This document shows, one piece after another, positions 51,451 to 64,000 of a stretch of 64,000 bases of DNA. The notes below the pieces were generated by a model. The model was not told the origin of the DNA. It searched no databases and saw only the letters and a program-made list of their open reading frames with translations. Origin of the DNA: Octopus sinensis (Eukaryota); contig NC_043011.1 in NCBI RefSeq assembly GCF_006345805.1, forward strand, positions 27,912,464-27,976,463, written 5' to 3'. Both the position numbers and the translations under genes were made by a program. Each line of letters opens with the position of its first letter. Position 1 is the first letter of the stretch.

Positions 51451-52067
51451 GTAATTTAATTTCCTATGTTAATATTTAATTTGCCATGGAGATCTGAAAG
51501 AAATTAGCACTTTTTAACTAATTTGAAGATAATTAAGTGTTCGGAAATACCTGTCACAATCTATTTAGAATAAAAGGAAAAGAAAGCATACTTTTCAGAC
51601 CATAATCAAATTACTCCCCACAAGTGCTTTATTAGGAATAACTGTAATTAATTCTATAGTAATGTAATTAATATACATGATTAATGAAAATTGATTTAAA
51701 ATCTATTAATATAACTTAAATATATTTGAAGCAATGCTTATCCCAAATCATCAGGAATACTAACGGCCATTTTAACTGCAAACTGTTCTGGGTTTAAATA
51801 GACCTATTCGTTTAATTTTAAATAATTTTATTTGATTTTCATTACTTGTGTATCTTAAGTAATTATCGAATTAATTGCACTTATTTCTAACGAAACAGCT
51901 GTTGAAAGTAATTAAATTACAATCAGTCTGTAAAATGTATGCCTTACCACTTTTCATTCTAAATATACGCTGTACATAAATATATTTTAGCCGATTGCAT
52001 GTATGCATGCAAGTTCTTCCAGTGGATTTGTTACCTGTTTGGCATTTAACAAAATATTATTAATTGT

Positions 52068-52290
52068 GGAGGTGCGTCGCTTAGTGGTTTCAATGTTCGA
52101 ATCATGATTGTAAGATTGTGGCTTCGATTTCTGGACCGGGCTACTTGTGTTATTGATTAAAACACTTCAGTCCACGCAGCTCCAGTCTACTCGTCTGGCA
52201 AAAATGAGTGTTCTTGCGATGGACCGGCGTCCCGTCCAGGTGGGGAATATGTACGCCATGTAACCGGAAAGTCGGTATGAATCGATAAGT
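52068..52290 (+). mobile_element. SINE family B
   Basis: GGAGGTGCGTCGCTTAGTGGTT...CTTCGATTTCTGGACCGG...GATGGACCGGCGTCCCGTCCAG. Confidence 0.75.
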
Positions 52291-52330
52291 TAACTTTACC
52301 TTTCCTTTTTTTACCTATTATTCTTAATTA

Positions 52331-52371
<41 letters not shown>

Positions 52372-52436
52372 CATACATACATACATACATACATACATAC
52401 ATACATACATACATACATGCATACATATATATATAT

Positions 52437-52800
52437 AAGTGGAAGCGCAATGACCTAGTGGTTAGGGTAGCGAACTCGGGGTCGTAGGATCGCGGTTTCG
52501 ATTCCCAGACCGGGCGTTGTGAGTGTTTATTGAGCGAAAAAACACCTAAAGTTCGACGAGGGTCCGGCAGGGGGAGGTGGCGATCCCCGTTGTACTCTTT
52601 CGCCACAACTTTCTCTCACTCTTTCTTCTGTTGGCCTGCTCGTTTAGCCAGCGGGGTGGCGTCATTCGAAGGCTAAAAGGATGCGAAACGCATTGTGACC
52701 AGCGATGTGTAGCAACATCTGAGAGACTAGTCAGTGCGAAACGCATTGTGACCAGCGATGTGTAGCAACATCTGAGAGCCTAGTCAGTCATGGTGATCAC
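52437..52800 (+). mobile_element. tRNA-head SINE family D with a 53-bp tandem duplication near its 3' end
   Basis: GGAAGCGCAATGACCTAGTGGTTAGG A-box and GTTTCGATTCCC B-box. Duplication at 52682-52734 / 52735-52787. Confidence 0.75.
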
Positions 52801-52801
52801 G

Positions 52802-52838
<37 letters not shown>

Positions 52839-53557
52839 TTTTGATGTTTAAAATGCAGCGCTGCTTTATATATATGTAATATTTACATATACAGCGTGTT
52901 CTCACTAAATTTGACGATTTGTTATATCTTCTTATTTTCAGGAACAACTTGTATTGGGGAACATTCAACGGTGTTGGAGATCATAAGCATTAATGTTTAG
53001 TTCAGAAAATTTAGCTGACATGAAGAACTGGAAGCCATCTGGATATAAGAAAAGAGATACTTCTATCATGATTAATTGCGCCTGGATATCAAAATGCTGA
53101 CACAATGACTTTTGCTCAATGATCTATAAAACCTCCAAAAGCTGCTGGGACAGCTTCATTGGAGACTACGAAACTGAGATTAGCAGGGAGTGGGTTACCT
53201 ATCTATGTATATCACGGGAGGGTGATGTCAAACCGTCCCATATTAGATAACCCCACTTCGACATAACTTCTGTAACTTTTTAGCTTTATATGTCCGTGCC
53301 TCATTCAACATTATTTCCAGTGAAAGAAAGAACAAACAACTCCATTATATCCCAAATGAACCCGCACGCATTCCTCCAAGAAATATCAGAAAAAAACACC
53401 TGAAACAAATACGTTACAGCAATTGACAACAGTCTACTCGAATTGGTTGTGAAGTCTTAAAACATGACGTAAAAAACGAGTCTGGGTGATGAGATATGAT
53501 TTGGATATTATCTAAGTAGTACCTTTACATACATACATTGATATATATATATAATAT

Positions 53558-53589
<32 letters not shown>

Positions 53590-53591
<2 letters not shown>

Positions 53592-53940
53592 GTTCGTTTT
53601 GGGATTTGGTTTGCAAGATTCTTTATGTGAGTTCGTGTGTTGAAGCATATTCTGTTGTGTCTGGGAATAGTCATTTTCTTTTCGTGCCTTATAGTATAAC
53701 ACACTCACCGGTAAAATTTCTACTTTTTTCTTCTTATTCTTATTCTCCTAAAATTTTCGCTGCGTCTTGCAACCTTTTCAATAGTTTTCAATATTCAATA
53801 GTTTCAAACTATTGAAAAGTTTGCATGACGCAACGAAAATTTTAGGAGAATAAAAATAAGAAAAAAAAAGTGGAAATTTTACCGGTGAGTGTGTTATATT
53901 ATAAGGCACAAAAAGAAAATGACTCTTCCCAGACACAACA

Positions 53941-53942
<2 letters not shown>
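53590..53942. mobile_element. Foldback element with ~140-bp inverted arms (53652-53795 / 53806-53942)
   Basis: CTGTTGTGTCTGGGAATAGTCATTTTC...CAACCTTTTCAATAGTTT is followed by its reverse complement, ending ...GACTCTTCCCAGACACAACAG. Confidence 0.8.
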
Positions 53943-53978
<36 letters not shown>

Positions 53979-54019
53979 TATTATATATATATATTATAAT
54001 ATATATATATATATGTATG

Positions 54020-54071
<52 letters not shown>

Positions 54072-54112
54072 ATATAGTATATATATTATATATGTATGTG
54101 TATATATACATA

Positions 54113-54390
54113 CAGTCGTTCTCAAAATTATTCATACCCTTGTTAATTTTTGTGATGAAATGAATGTATTTTGTCAAGATTGTCAAGCTGGTATCTTCCT
54201 TCAGATGACATCTAGCAAAGGCAAGGTGAACCTCCAGATATTTCTGCCGAAGCAGCGGCGTCTTCCGAGGCCTACATACACGGAGATCTCCTCTGTGCAA
54301 AACACGTTCAAAGGTAGACCGTGACACCTGGTCAAGCGGTTCAATTAGGGCCTTGATTGTGATCCATGGGTTGTTGTTCACCTCTCGCTA
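54113..54390 (-). mobile_element. Tc1-like fragment (one TIR fused to a transposase HTH-region fragment)
   Basis: TA|CAGTCGTTCTCAAAATTATTCATACCC end; minus-strand NPWITIKAL...RPRKTPLLRQKYLEVHLAFARCHL. Confidence 0.8.
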
Positions 54391-54427
54391 GATTTTTTTT
54401 CTCGTTCAATACAAACATCCACACATA

Positions 54428-54623
54428 CGAGGGAAAAGTTCCTGGCTTTAAGGGTAACATGAAAGGCCTGATTGTAGGCCAAACATTCCGAGTTTTTTTT
54501 AAAGCTGAAAGACTGTTGCAATAAGTGTGTTAATCTAAGAGAAGATTATATTTTTAAAATCCATAATTAACTAATCCACCTATATTTTCTTTACCAAACC
54601 AGGTACTTTTCAGCATACTCTCG
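54428..54623. mobile_element. Mariner-derived MITE (~196 bp)
   Basis: TA|CGAGGG---GAAAAGTTCCTGG versus reverse-complement end TA|CGAGAGTATGCTGAAAAGTACCTGG. Confidence 0.6.
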
Positions 54624-54656
54624 TATATACGCATATACGAAATGTATTCTGATATA

Positions 54657-54748
<92 letters not shown>

Positions 54749-55278
54749 ACTATCTATCTATCTACCTATCTGTGTGTGTGTTAGATATAAAGACAAAGAT
54801 AAATGGTGTGTCTGTGTGTCACGAGATTATATTAATGCTTTAAACCTAATAATTGTTTTCCATTTTCATGAAGCTCACTCTTAATTCTTAATTGTCTCAT
54901 ACAAGAATATTTCGCTTGCAATTATAAGGCACGTAATTTTAAAATTATATTAGAAGCTTATGTGTATAACAATTCATTTCTGTTCTTTAATATTTATTTC
55001 GGTGACAAATGCAGCATTTTAACGTACCTTAGAAGCAAAATGAAATCATTTACCTATTTTAATCTTCAGACATTCGCTGCATCATTTTGTTTTCGATGTC
55101 AAGGTGTAAATAGAACATACAATAATACACTCACGTTCCTAATATTCGCTTATATATGTGCCAAAATACTTTTTTTTTGATTACCGGTAACAAAATTGTG
55201 CCCGTAGAGGATATAGGATGTAAAAGTGGTAATTTCAATAAAGAAAGGTTAAATATTACCAAGAGCTTCTTCATTTTA

Positions 55279-55321
<43 letters not shown>

Positions 55322-55402
55322 TGTGTGTTGTGTGTGTGTGTGTGTGTGTTGTGTGTGTGTGGTGTGTGTTGTGTGTGTGTGTGTGTGTGTTGTGTGTGTG
55401 TG

Positions 55403-56050
55403 TAGAAAAATAAAAGACAAAGACAAACGTATGAACAAGTAGACAGTTCGAACACAGACATATGTTGTAGTGAATGACAAATAGAGACATTTCTCTCAGT
55501 ATACACCACCCCGCTCACTACCTCCATCCACTACAAACACACCGACTCACATTCCTACTTTAAATTCTCCTACTCATACCAAGCTCTCCATCCCCCTACT
55601 CCCAATTCCACCGTCTGCGCAGGCCCTGCAGTGACAACCATAACTTTGAGATTCTCGTTACTTCATCCTACCTTGATCAAACGGACGCCGCTTGGTTGAC
55701 CGGTTCGCGGAGTACCTCCGAGACATCAGACTCGGCAATGACACCCCGTTCTCGCGCTATTTCCGCTGTATTTGTCATTCACTACAACATATGTCTGTGT
55801 TCGAACTGTCTTGTTGATACGCTTGTCTTCGTCTTTGATTTTTCTATAAATTTCAACTATATATACACAGACTAACCGCTAAATCCATAATTTTTTATTC
55901 TCTCTCTGTTTATATCCTCGTGTTCCTTCCTGTTGAAGCGCGTAGACTCGAAACGTTAAAGACTTTCTCGCCTTCACAAGCGTGAAACTAATACACCTGC
56001 TCGTTGTTTATACACCTGTCCTTGTCTTTTGCTTTTCTGTAAATTTCAAC
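55403..56050 (+). mobile_element. Internally deleted Penelope-like element with a 5' inverted arm
   Basis: RT thumb LTTSIHYKHTDSHSYFKFS is fused to the GIY-YIG tail GRRLVDRFAEYLRDIRLGNDTPFSRYF. 55403-55480 is an inverted copy of 55765-55846; a pseudo-LTR-like region follows at 55880-56050. Confidence 0.8.
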
Positions 56051-56094
<44 letters not shown>

Positions 56095-56381
56095 TGCGTG
56101 AGTGTAGTTATGTATACGTATGCATAACATTCATAAGCATACATTATATCATCTCTGTTTACAGCTCTCAAGATGATTGTTTTCTATTAGCATATTCCTA
56201 TGGTAACTGAATTGCTCAAAGAACATTTTCCCTTATAAATAGTTTACGTCAGATCATCTATCTATCTATCTCTCTATCTCTCTATCTATACACTCACCCG
56301 CGCGCAAACAGACATATATATGTATACATATTTATAAATAAATATATATAAATATATATTATATATTATATAATTTATATA

Positions 56382-56444
<63 letters not shown>

Positions 56445-56455
56445 CATATGTATAT

Positions 56456-56488
<33 letters not shown>

Positions 56489-58444
56489 CATACATATACA
56501 TACATACATACCACTTCAAATTCCCTGAAATCTCATTTCTTCCTTTTTCCATCCTACAACATTTTGTCTAACTAGACATACAGTGTGTGCATGTATGCGC
56601 GTGCATGTATGTGCGTCCATGTGTGTGCATGTATATGCATATGTGTGTGCGTGTGTGCTTTAGATTGCAACAGTGTAACCTGAATTGATTAATAACTCTT
56701 AACAATGTAATAAAGTATTTTTTCAATTGTAATTATTCGATAAGGATTCATCTCAATCATTGCTAATTCATTAAATGAGGCAAAACTATTGCTATTAATG
56801 GGATTCCTACTTCACTAATTCGGCGCCTTATGCTGGCTAAATGTTAAGAAGATACGCTACAGATTGTAAAGAGACAAAATCATATGATACACAACTTCGG
56901 CATTTGTATTTGTTAATTCATATCTGAGTTTAAATTGTTCATGACTTAGTTTAGGTTTTCACCCCATCTTCGATATAAATACACGTCTTCTACATGAATG
57001 ATGTAGAATATATATATAATAAATCGTCATTTATAGGGTGTACAGCAAGAATCAAAACAATCACTCATATTCATTTCCGATAGGTTCCCAACAGATTTGA
57101 CCGTGAATATGATAATCAATGTCGAGTTTTGTCACCGGAGAACAATTTCTTAAAGACGTATGTGTTCGTAACACTCGATCGACGAGTATAAGGATATTGT
57201 GAAAAATTGCTTTGATATCATTGTGTCTCGTAAGTCAAAGGCACTGTGAACGAGAGTGCCTAACAAGACTTTGTGGCTCTTGTTCAGGAAACAAACTATT
57301 TGCTGACGCTTGCAGATATTTGGCAATCTATAATAAATCGCCATGGACGAAATGAACGGTGAATATTAAAACGATGCCATGAATATTATTCATCAATATG
57401 TTCCTGACAGGTTCGAACGTATATATGATGTTATGTGTTTTCATTGGAGTACAACTTCTTTCCAACAAATGTCTGCGTAGCTTTCCGGAAAGTATTACAA
57501 TGGCGTAAGCATTTGAGGTTCGAATGAGATGAGTCTTTGAACACACATTAACCTGAAACCTATGAGTTTTCTGTTGTTCTTACTTTTGTGAGTCCTCATC
57601 CAAGTGACTCATGAACTAATGGATTTCATTCATGACGATGCCCAGCATTCTTATATTTTATACATAACTTGTATGTTTTTCTCGCTTCATTCATTGGACT
57701 GCAACCCGTCTATATCACCATCTAGATGGGTTTATCCGAATGAATTGGTTCAAATACTAGCTTTTAAGTCTCATACTTTTTTCTATCGAAAAATTTACGG
57801 GTAATGTAAAGAAACCAAACGGAATGTCAAGCGCTAACGCTATCGCACAGTCAAAACGACACGTGCACGTGCACACACACACGCACACACACACACACAC
57901 ACACACCACACACACACACACAAACAAACTCACATACACCAGCACACACACACACACACATATAGAGCGTTCTGCAATTTCTTGCTAAACAAGCTACATA
58001 TATGATTTGTTTAAAATGCTTGAATGTATGTGCTGTACATTAGCTTATCCTATCCAACAAATCAAAGTGATCGACGATTGACATGACACGAAGTATTTTA
58101 GTTTAGAACACCGCATATGCAGGTGTTGAAACCACGATCCCGCGATCGTAAGCGTCACACTTTAACCACAGTCTCTATGAACCGGATTTCCTCACAATGC
58201 ATTGGTCTGCTGAGGCTATATAGAAAACAATTGCCTATGGCTGCACCATGTATGGGTCCACCCAAAACTAAGTGCTTGCGAAGCGAGTTTCTTAACTGGG
58301 CTAGCCTTCCAACGTTTTCTACATTTATACTATCGTTTTTAAGATTGTAGCCTGTGAGGTGAGGGATATTTACCAATCAAGTGTCAAGATTTTGAAGAGA
58401 TTAACTTTACTTCTTTGTTTCTAAGAAATATAATGTGATATTGT

Positions 58445-58650
58445 CAGATAGTTGGCAGAATCATTAGCACACCGAGGAAAATGCTAAGGAGCAAATATTC
58501 AGTGTTTTCTCTCTGAGTTCAAATATCGCCGAAGTCGACTTTGCCTTTAAACATTTTGGAGTCGATAAGTACTAGTCAAATATAGGAGTCGGTGTAATCG
58601 ACTACCCGCCTTCCAAAATTTCAGGCCTTTTGCCTACAGTAGAAAGCATT
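58445..58650 (+). mobile_element. SINE family C
   Basis: GTTGGCAGAATCATTAGCAC...GAAGTCGACTTTGCCTTT...CAGGCCTTTTGCCTACAGTAG. Confidence 0.7.
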
Positions 58651-58747
58651 ATTATGTTTATTTCCTCTTTTCGGTTTTATGGATTCATTAGATGCTAAAA
58701 TGTTAGACTCATCATGCCAGGATTTCTTCGTCTTATTGTTGTTAGTA

Positions 58748-58916
58748 AGTGGCTGTGTGGTAAGTAGCTTCCATACGAACCACATGGTTCCGGGTTCAGT
58801 CCCACTGTGTGGAACTTTGAGCAAGTGACTTGAACTATAGCCTCGGGTCGACCAAAGCCCTATGAGTGGATTTGGTAGACGGAAACTGAAAGAAGCCCGT
58901 CGTATATATATATGTG

Positions 58917-58964
<48 letters not shown>

Positions 58965-59230
58965 CGTGTGTGTGTGTGTGCGTGTGTGTGTGTGAGTGTG
59001 TGTTTGTGTGTCTGTGTTTGTCCCCCCAACATCGCTTGACAACCGATGCTGGTGTGTTTACGTCCCCGTAACTTAGCGGTTCGGGAAAAAGTGACCGATA
59101 GAATAAGTACTTGGCTTATTGAGAATAAGTCCTGGGGTCGATTTGCTCGACTAAATGCCGTGCTCCAGTATGGCCACAATCAAAGGACTGAAACAAGTAA
59201 AAGAGTAAAAGAGTAAAGAGTAAAGAGTAA
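58748..59230 (+). mobile_element. Near full-length SINE family A
   Basis: AGTGGCTGTGTGGTAAGTAGC head, GGTTCAGTCCC B-box, internal microsatellite and (AGTAAA(A)G)n tail. Confidence 0.88.
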
Positions 59231-59384
59231 ATCGGTAATGCTTATTATGTCAAGTAAATATTGACATTCATCTATTCACTTCAAATTTCTTTCGAAACAA
59301 CCTTTGTATACACGCAAGAATATTTGTTGTTTCAGGTATATTTTGGGGCAATATATCATTATATGCCAATGATTATATAAACGT

Positions 59385-59595
59385 GGATGCCTCTGGCTTA
59401 GTGGCTAGGCTGTCAGCATCATGATCGTAAGATTGTGGTTTCGATTCCTGGACCGGGCGACGCGCTATGTTCTTGAACAAAACACTTCATTTCACGTTGC
59501 TCCAGTCCACTCACCTGGAAAAAATGAGTAACGCTGCGATGGACTAGCGTCCCGTCCAGCTGCGGTATCGGAAACCGGATTTCAAAACCGGCCTT
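59385..59595 (+). mobile_element. SINE family B
   Basis: TGGCTTAGTGGCTAGGCTGTCAGCATCATGATCGTAAGATTGTGGTTTCGATTCCTGGACCGG. Confidence 0.82.
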
Positions 59596-60644
59596 CAACA
59601 TATACACCAAAAGCGTTTATCATTTTATTTTGAACAGGCACAAACTTCCTATATGAAGTGACGACAAATATCATGAATATCAGGCAATTGATTTTACACA
59701 GGAGGAAGTATTTCAGAGGGAATCGTAAAGCAATGGAAAAGGAAATTGTGATTCACAAACAGGACGGATATTTTATCGTCTTGGCCATTGTTTGTTGAAT
59801 AGCATTGCAACGAAAATTGTTACCGTGATATTGAAGATATTATTTTTCTCTAGATTACATTTCTGTAGTATATATCATAGAGAATGATGAAAAAGAAACC
59901 TCAACACAAAGACTGTATTGATTAGTTACATTGCTGTTAGATAAATTTTTTTAAGACAGTGATAGAGTCGATAGCATTGAGCTGAACAATATACAATTAC
60001 AGGGAATTATCCAACAAAGGTGAAACGAACATATAGTAAACTTGGGTAGAATTTAGATACAGTACGAAGATGGGTAGCGTTAAAAAGTGTAATGTATTTA
60101 GCAGGAAAAAGTAAAGAAAATACACTAAAGATAACATATTGTAGAATAACAAAAAACTGATTATTGCTCGACCTAGTAGAAATGAAAGGTAAACCTCATT
60201 ATAATAGGATTTAAGTTTGATGCCAAGAAGGATGAAATTAAATAATGGTGTATATTTAGTATGAAGTGTAAATACATATAATTTCTACAAATGGCTGTCC
60301 AATATTTAATATCAAACTAGGCTTATGTATTTATCATCTCATTTCTGTGAAATGTTTCTTGATCATTTCAGTTCTAAGATAATTCTCTCTTTCAAATTGG
60401 CAATTAATTTTTCCCTAGTTTTTTTTACAACTACTGTATTTTTTTAAAGCGAGAAAAACTTCCAATTCAAGAAATATCTTTCAGATTTTATCTGATTGCG
60501 GAAAAGAATCTATAGTTTCCTTTGTTATATTTCGTTTCTATTTAGTCACGTATCTGTCTGTTTGATATAATCCTCTCATTTTATTGCAACGCCCACTAGC
60601 AGTTCGAAGACATTGGGTCACAGTGGGGTGGAAGAAAACATATA

Positions 60645-61595
60645 CGTAGCTTGGCTGAATAGTTCATAGGCTGACCAACATACTCTCATGGAATGTAACC
60701 AAATGTGGTTTATTTTTCAACAAAGTCCGTGCACTTCTTCTATCGGTGCTGCTGTTCATAGATGCTATTGGTGCAGAAGCTTCATCCTGTTGGTCAAAAA
60801 GTCATCATTGGCAGATATGACGTCATCATAATTGCGATACTGGTTTCCAGCCAAGGGCTTTTTCATGTTGGGGAACTGATAATAGTCAGATGGGGCCAAA
60901 TTAAGGGAATAGGTACGACAATCAACCAGTTCAAAGCCACTGTCATGCACAGCAGCCATTGAAACTAAGAAATTGTGTACTGGACTATTGTCAGTTTTCC
61001 TGGATGACTGATGTTGATAGGCTTTCGTAACTGCCTCAGCAAGTTGACATAGTACTCTCTATTAATGGCGTGGCCCTTTTGATAATAGCCAATAAACACA
61101 ATGTCTTTTGAATCCCCAAATCGGAGGGGACCACCTTACTTGCTGGTGAGGTGGGTGTTCCTACTGCATGGATTGTCTCTGTCCCTGGCTCAAAGTGATG
61201 AAGCTAACACTCATTGTCGATTAGATTTTCCTGTGATGTGATAAGCCTAGTGCGTTTTCGATCAGTTGTGAGAAGGGGCACCCACCAAGCTACCCACTAA
61301 GCTGAAATCTTCGTCATGCCAAGTTCATTATGCAGAATATTCTTAACTCACGGGATATGCGTATAGGATTGGCTATTTGAGTGATAGTCAGTTGCCTGTC
61401 ATCAGCATGTGGTGAAAACTATCAATGCTTTTCACTATGGCGGCAGTTGCAAAATGGCCAGAGCTTGGGTCATCTTCAGTACTCTCCCTTCTCGTCTTAT
61501 ACTCAGTCTCCTACTTTTGCACTGTTGATAAAGTTAGAAGTTGGAGCGTCATCCCCAAATGTAGCAACCATGTCAACAGAAGTTTTCTTGGATGG
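60645..61595 (-). mobile_element. Decayed mariner (irritans-like), 5'-truncated
   Basis: DMVATFGDDAP, EDDPSSG, ILHNELGMTKISA and GFELV...LAPSDYYQFPNMKKPLAG; 3' TIR-like CGTAGCTTGGCTGAATAGTTC. Confidence 0.8.
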
Positions 61596-62684
61596 GAGTG
61601 TGTGTGTGTGTGGGGGGGGGGCTAAACCACTACTTGGTAACCCCATGATGCTAAATTATGTCCATTTTCAAAAAATTCTATATTTTTGAAGACATTTCAA
61701 GTCTTCTGTGAACAATCAGATATATGTTTACCTGGAAAGAAACAATGCAGATTTCAAAGAGAAGGGCTGAAATTAATGCATGCAGGCCCTTACAGCTGAA
61801 GCATCATGGCTTCACAATCAGCCTATGAACCATTTTGCCCATCCTCGTAGGATTGTAAGGTATACTTTCACATCGATTAGATACAAAATAAAAACGGTTA
61901 ACATGTATTTCTTACTCTTTATTTTGTCAATTGTTTCTCTTTAAAAAGAGCCAAAGTTGGCTAAATAATTACTTGTCATCCTTCAAATGCACTGCACTCT
62001 ATTTGAGAAAATAATATATATGATTTAATAATCCATCTTCGTATTTGACAGCGAGATAAGGGACGAAAGTTATATAAGTAAGTCTTGATATTACTGTTGT
62101 TATTGTTTAAAATTTGCTTAGACTGTATGAAACAGATCTGTGTACAACAGCTTCCTAGTCGGGCCAGGGCTGTATTCATGATCACATCATCTAATGTCAA
62201 AATGGTTAATTTATTGTGTACATAACAAGAGTAACTTATGCATGATTAGAAATATAAAATTGTTGGATCCGCATTTGACACTTACTTCATACTACGACAA
62301 ATGCCATTGCAATTTTTTATCAGTCAATTTAGTTTTGAAATCTATATTCTAGATAGTACACAGTGTATTTGAATTTGTTTGTCCAAAACAAGAATCTAGG
62401 TTTTACTTCACTTACACATCAGTGAATAAAAGAATGGCAGAAAGCGATAGCAAACTTATTGCACGGTGGGAAAAGGTGTTCTTGTTTATATCGCGTGAAT
62501 CCCTCTCCCCATTTCTCTTTTGCATGCCACTGACCCCACCCTCAAACGCACTGAGTAACACCTGGTATAGGTATAAAGTTTATAATACTACAGTAAACCA
62601 TTTGTTTTATATGGACGTTGTGAAGCTGTTTGCTGGAAATAACTAAGAGCTAGCTAGTAGGGCTGCTAACAACTGTTAAAGAAT

Positions 62685-63460
62685 TTAGCAATGACATTGG
62701 GATGAATCTGGCCACGATAAGTGCGTTAAAGGAACTTTTTGTTAGAGGCAATCTCAAACAACTTCCATTAAATTAGATACCGACACAATCATCAGGAAAC
62801 CTGACCGACAAGAAAGTCATAAATACCTGGGGATAAATAAAAGAAATGATATACGAAATGCTACCATAAATGAGAAAGTAAGAAGGGAGTACTACAGCAG
62901 AATAAGACTCATGTTAAAAACAGAACTCCAAAAATTGCATCGAAACCATTCATACCCTCGCACGTCCAGTAGTCCAATACAATTTTTACATCATTAACTA
63001 GAAACATACAGTGCTCCAACGCCTGGAGCTACTAACATATAACAACATGCATCACCCAAACTACTAACTGATAAGCATATATCTGTAAAGGAAATTGACA
63101 AATTAAGAAATTATAACGACCTGGAAATTAAAATACAAAAGTTGTGGCATCTTAAAACGAGAAATGTTCCTATTATTGTAGATGCCCAAGGTATGATTTA
63201 AAAAAAAAGGGATGCCAGAAACATCTAGATACATCCCAAAAGAACTATGTCTCAGAGAAATCCAAAAGGTTGTACTGACAAGTACCATTTACATCTTTAG
63301 AAAAACCCTATCGATTTAAATGTCTGTGCTGCTTAACGTAAACATATTTAGCTACTTCCCTGTCACTTCCCCACCCCAGGCTTTCAGTCGTACTGTAACA
63401 TCACTTATCCTTCACTCGCCCTATCTCAAGCGATTGTAACAAACGTGCAGATTAAAAGTA
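62685..63460 (+). mobile_element. R4/Dong-like LINE 3' relic with 3' UTR
   Basis: DIGM, HKYLGI, EKVRREYYSRIRLMLKTEL, NMHHP, KLRNYNDLEIKIQKLWHL...VPIIVDAQGMI and EIQKVVL. Confidence 0.85.
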
Positions 63461-63467
63461 AAGAATG

Positions 63468-63468
63468 A

Positions 63469-63522
<54 letters not shown>

Positions 63523-63645
63523 AACGACTACTAGTACTACGACTACTACTACTAGTACTACTATTCATAATAATAATAATAATAATAATAATCATAATGA
63601 TAATAATAATAATAGTAACAATAATTATTATTATAATGATGATGA
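63468..63645. repeat. Compound (TAC)n/(TAA)n/(TGA)n microsatellite
   Basis: Directly visible. Confidence 0.95.
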
Positions 63646-63649
63646 TGAT

Positions 63650-64000
63650 AAATTTGGGCAGAAGAAAAAACGCACAAATAAAGGGCCCCTTGGATTGATA
63701 GAATGACTTAGACGCCTTAGAAGAGTAAAAGTGGGAGGTATATCAAGATAGACGATATAAGATCTGCTCTCAGGAAGTCAAGCAAATGGAAGTCTCCAAG
63801 GAAGGATAAAATTCCTAACGTCTGGTTGAATGCTTTCCCAGAGTCATGAACTGCAAACAAAACTTTACAACAATGTCTAGCAACAATCTAGTATGTTTCC
63901 CTCTTGGCTAGTTAATGGTTTAACATTCCTACTTCCAAAAAATGAAGAAACAAATGAACCAAAAAATTATCGACCCATAACTTGCTTAACAACAATGTAT
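63650..64000 (+). mobile_element. R4/Dong-like LINE RT fragment running off the window end
   Basis: KWKSPRKDKIPNVWLNAFP...FPSWLVNGLTFLLPKNEETNEPKNYRPITCLTTMY. Confidence 0.88.

Overview
This is AT-rich eukaryotic DNA, most likely an octopus (coleoid cephalopod) intron or intergenic region; that assignment is inferred from the SINE families and microsatellite load. Nearly every ORF in the supplied track is a microsatellite artefact or a decayed transposon fragment. The window holds tRNA-head SINEs of at least four families, five Tc1/mariner-superfamily relics plus MITEs, a hAT MITE, non-autonomous Helitrons, R4/Dong-like LINE fragments next to (AAT)n tracts, Penelope-like (GIY-YIG) relics and a Gypsy pol/LTR relic. 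There is one unexplained 227-codon ORF and two candidate minus-strand exons. The standout is a non-coding tandem array at 36292-42217: 12 near-identical ~491-bp units plus 43 bp, embedded in a (TA)n microsatellite. Every unit carries a type I hammerhead-ribozyme motif (8-bp stem I, CUGAAGA, 5-bp stem II with a 58-nt insert, GAAA, near-palindromic stem III, GUA cleavage triplet); it is intact in 11 units and altered in copy 10. This is the architecture of a non-LTR retrozyme, a self-cleaving satellite that could release ~490-nt linear or circular RNAs. Self-cleavage and circularisation are predictions from sequence, not observations.
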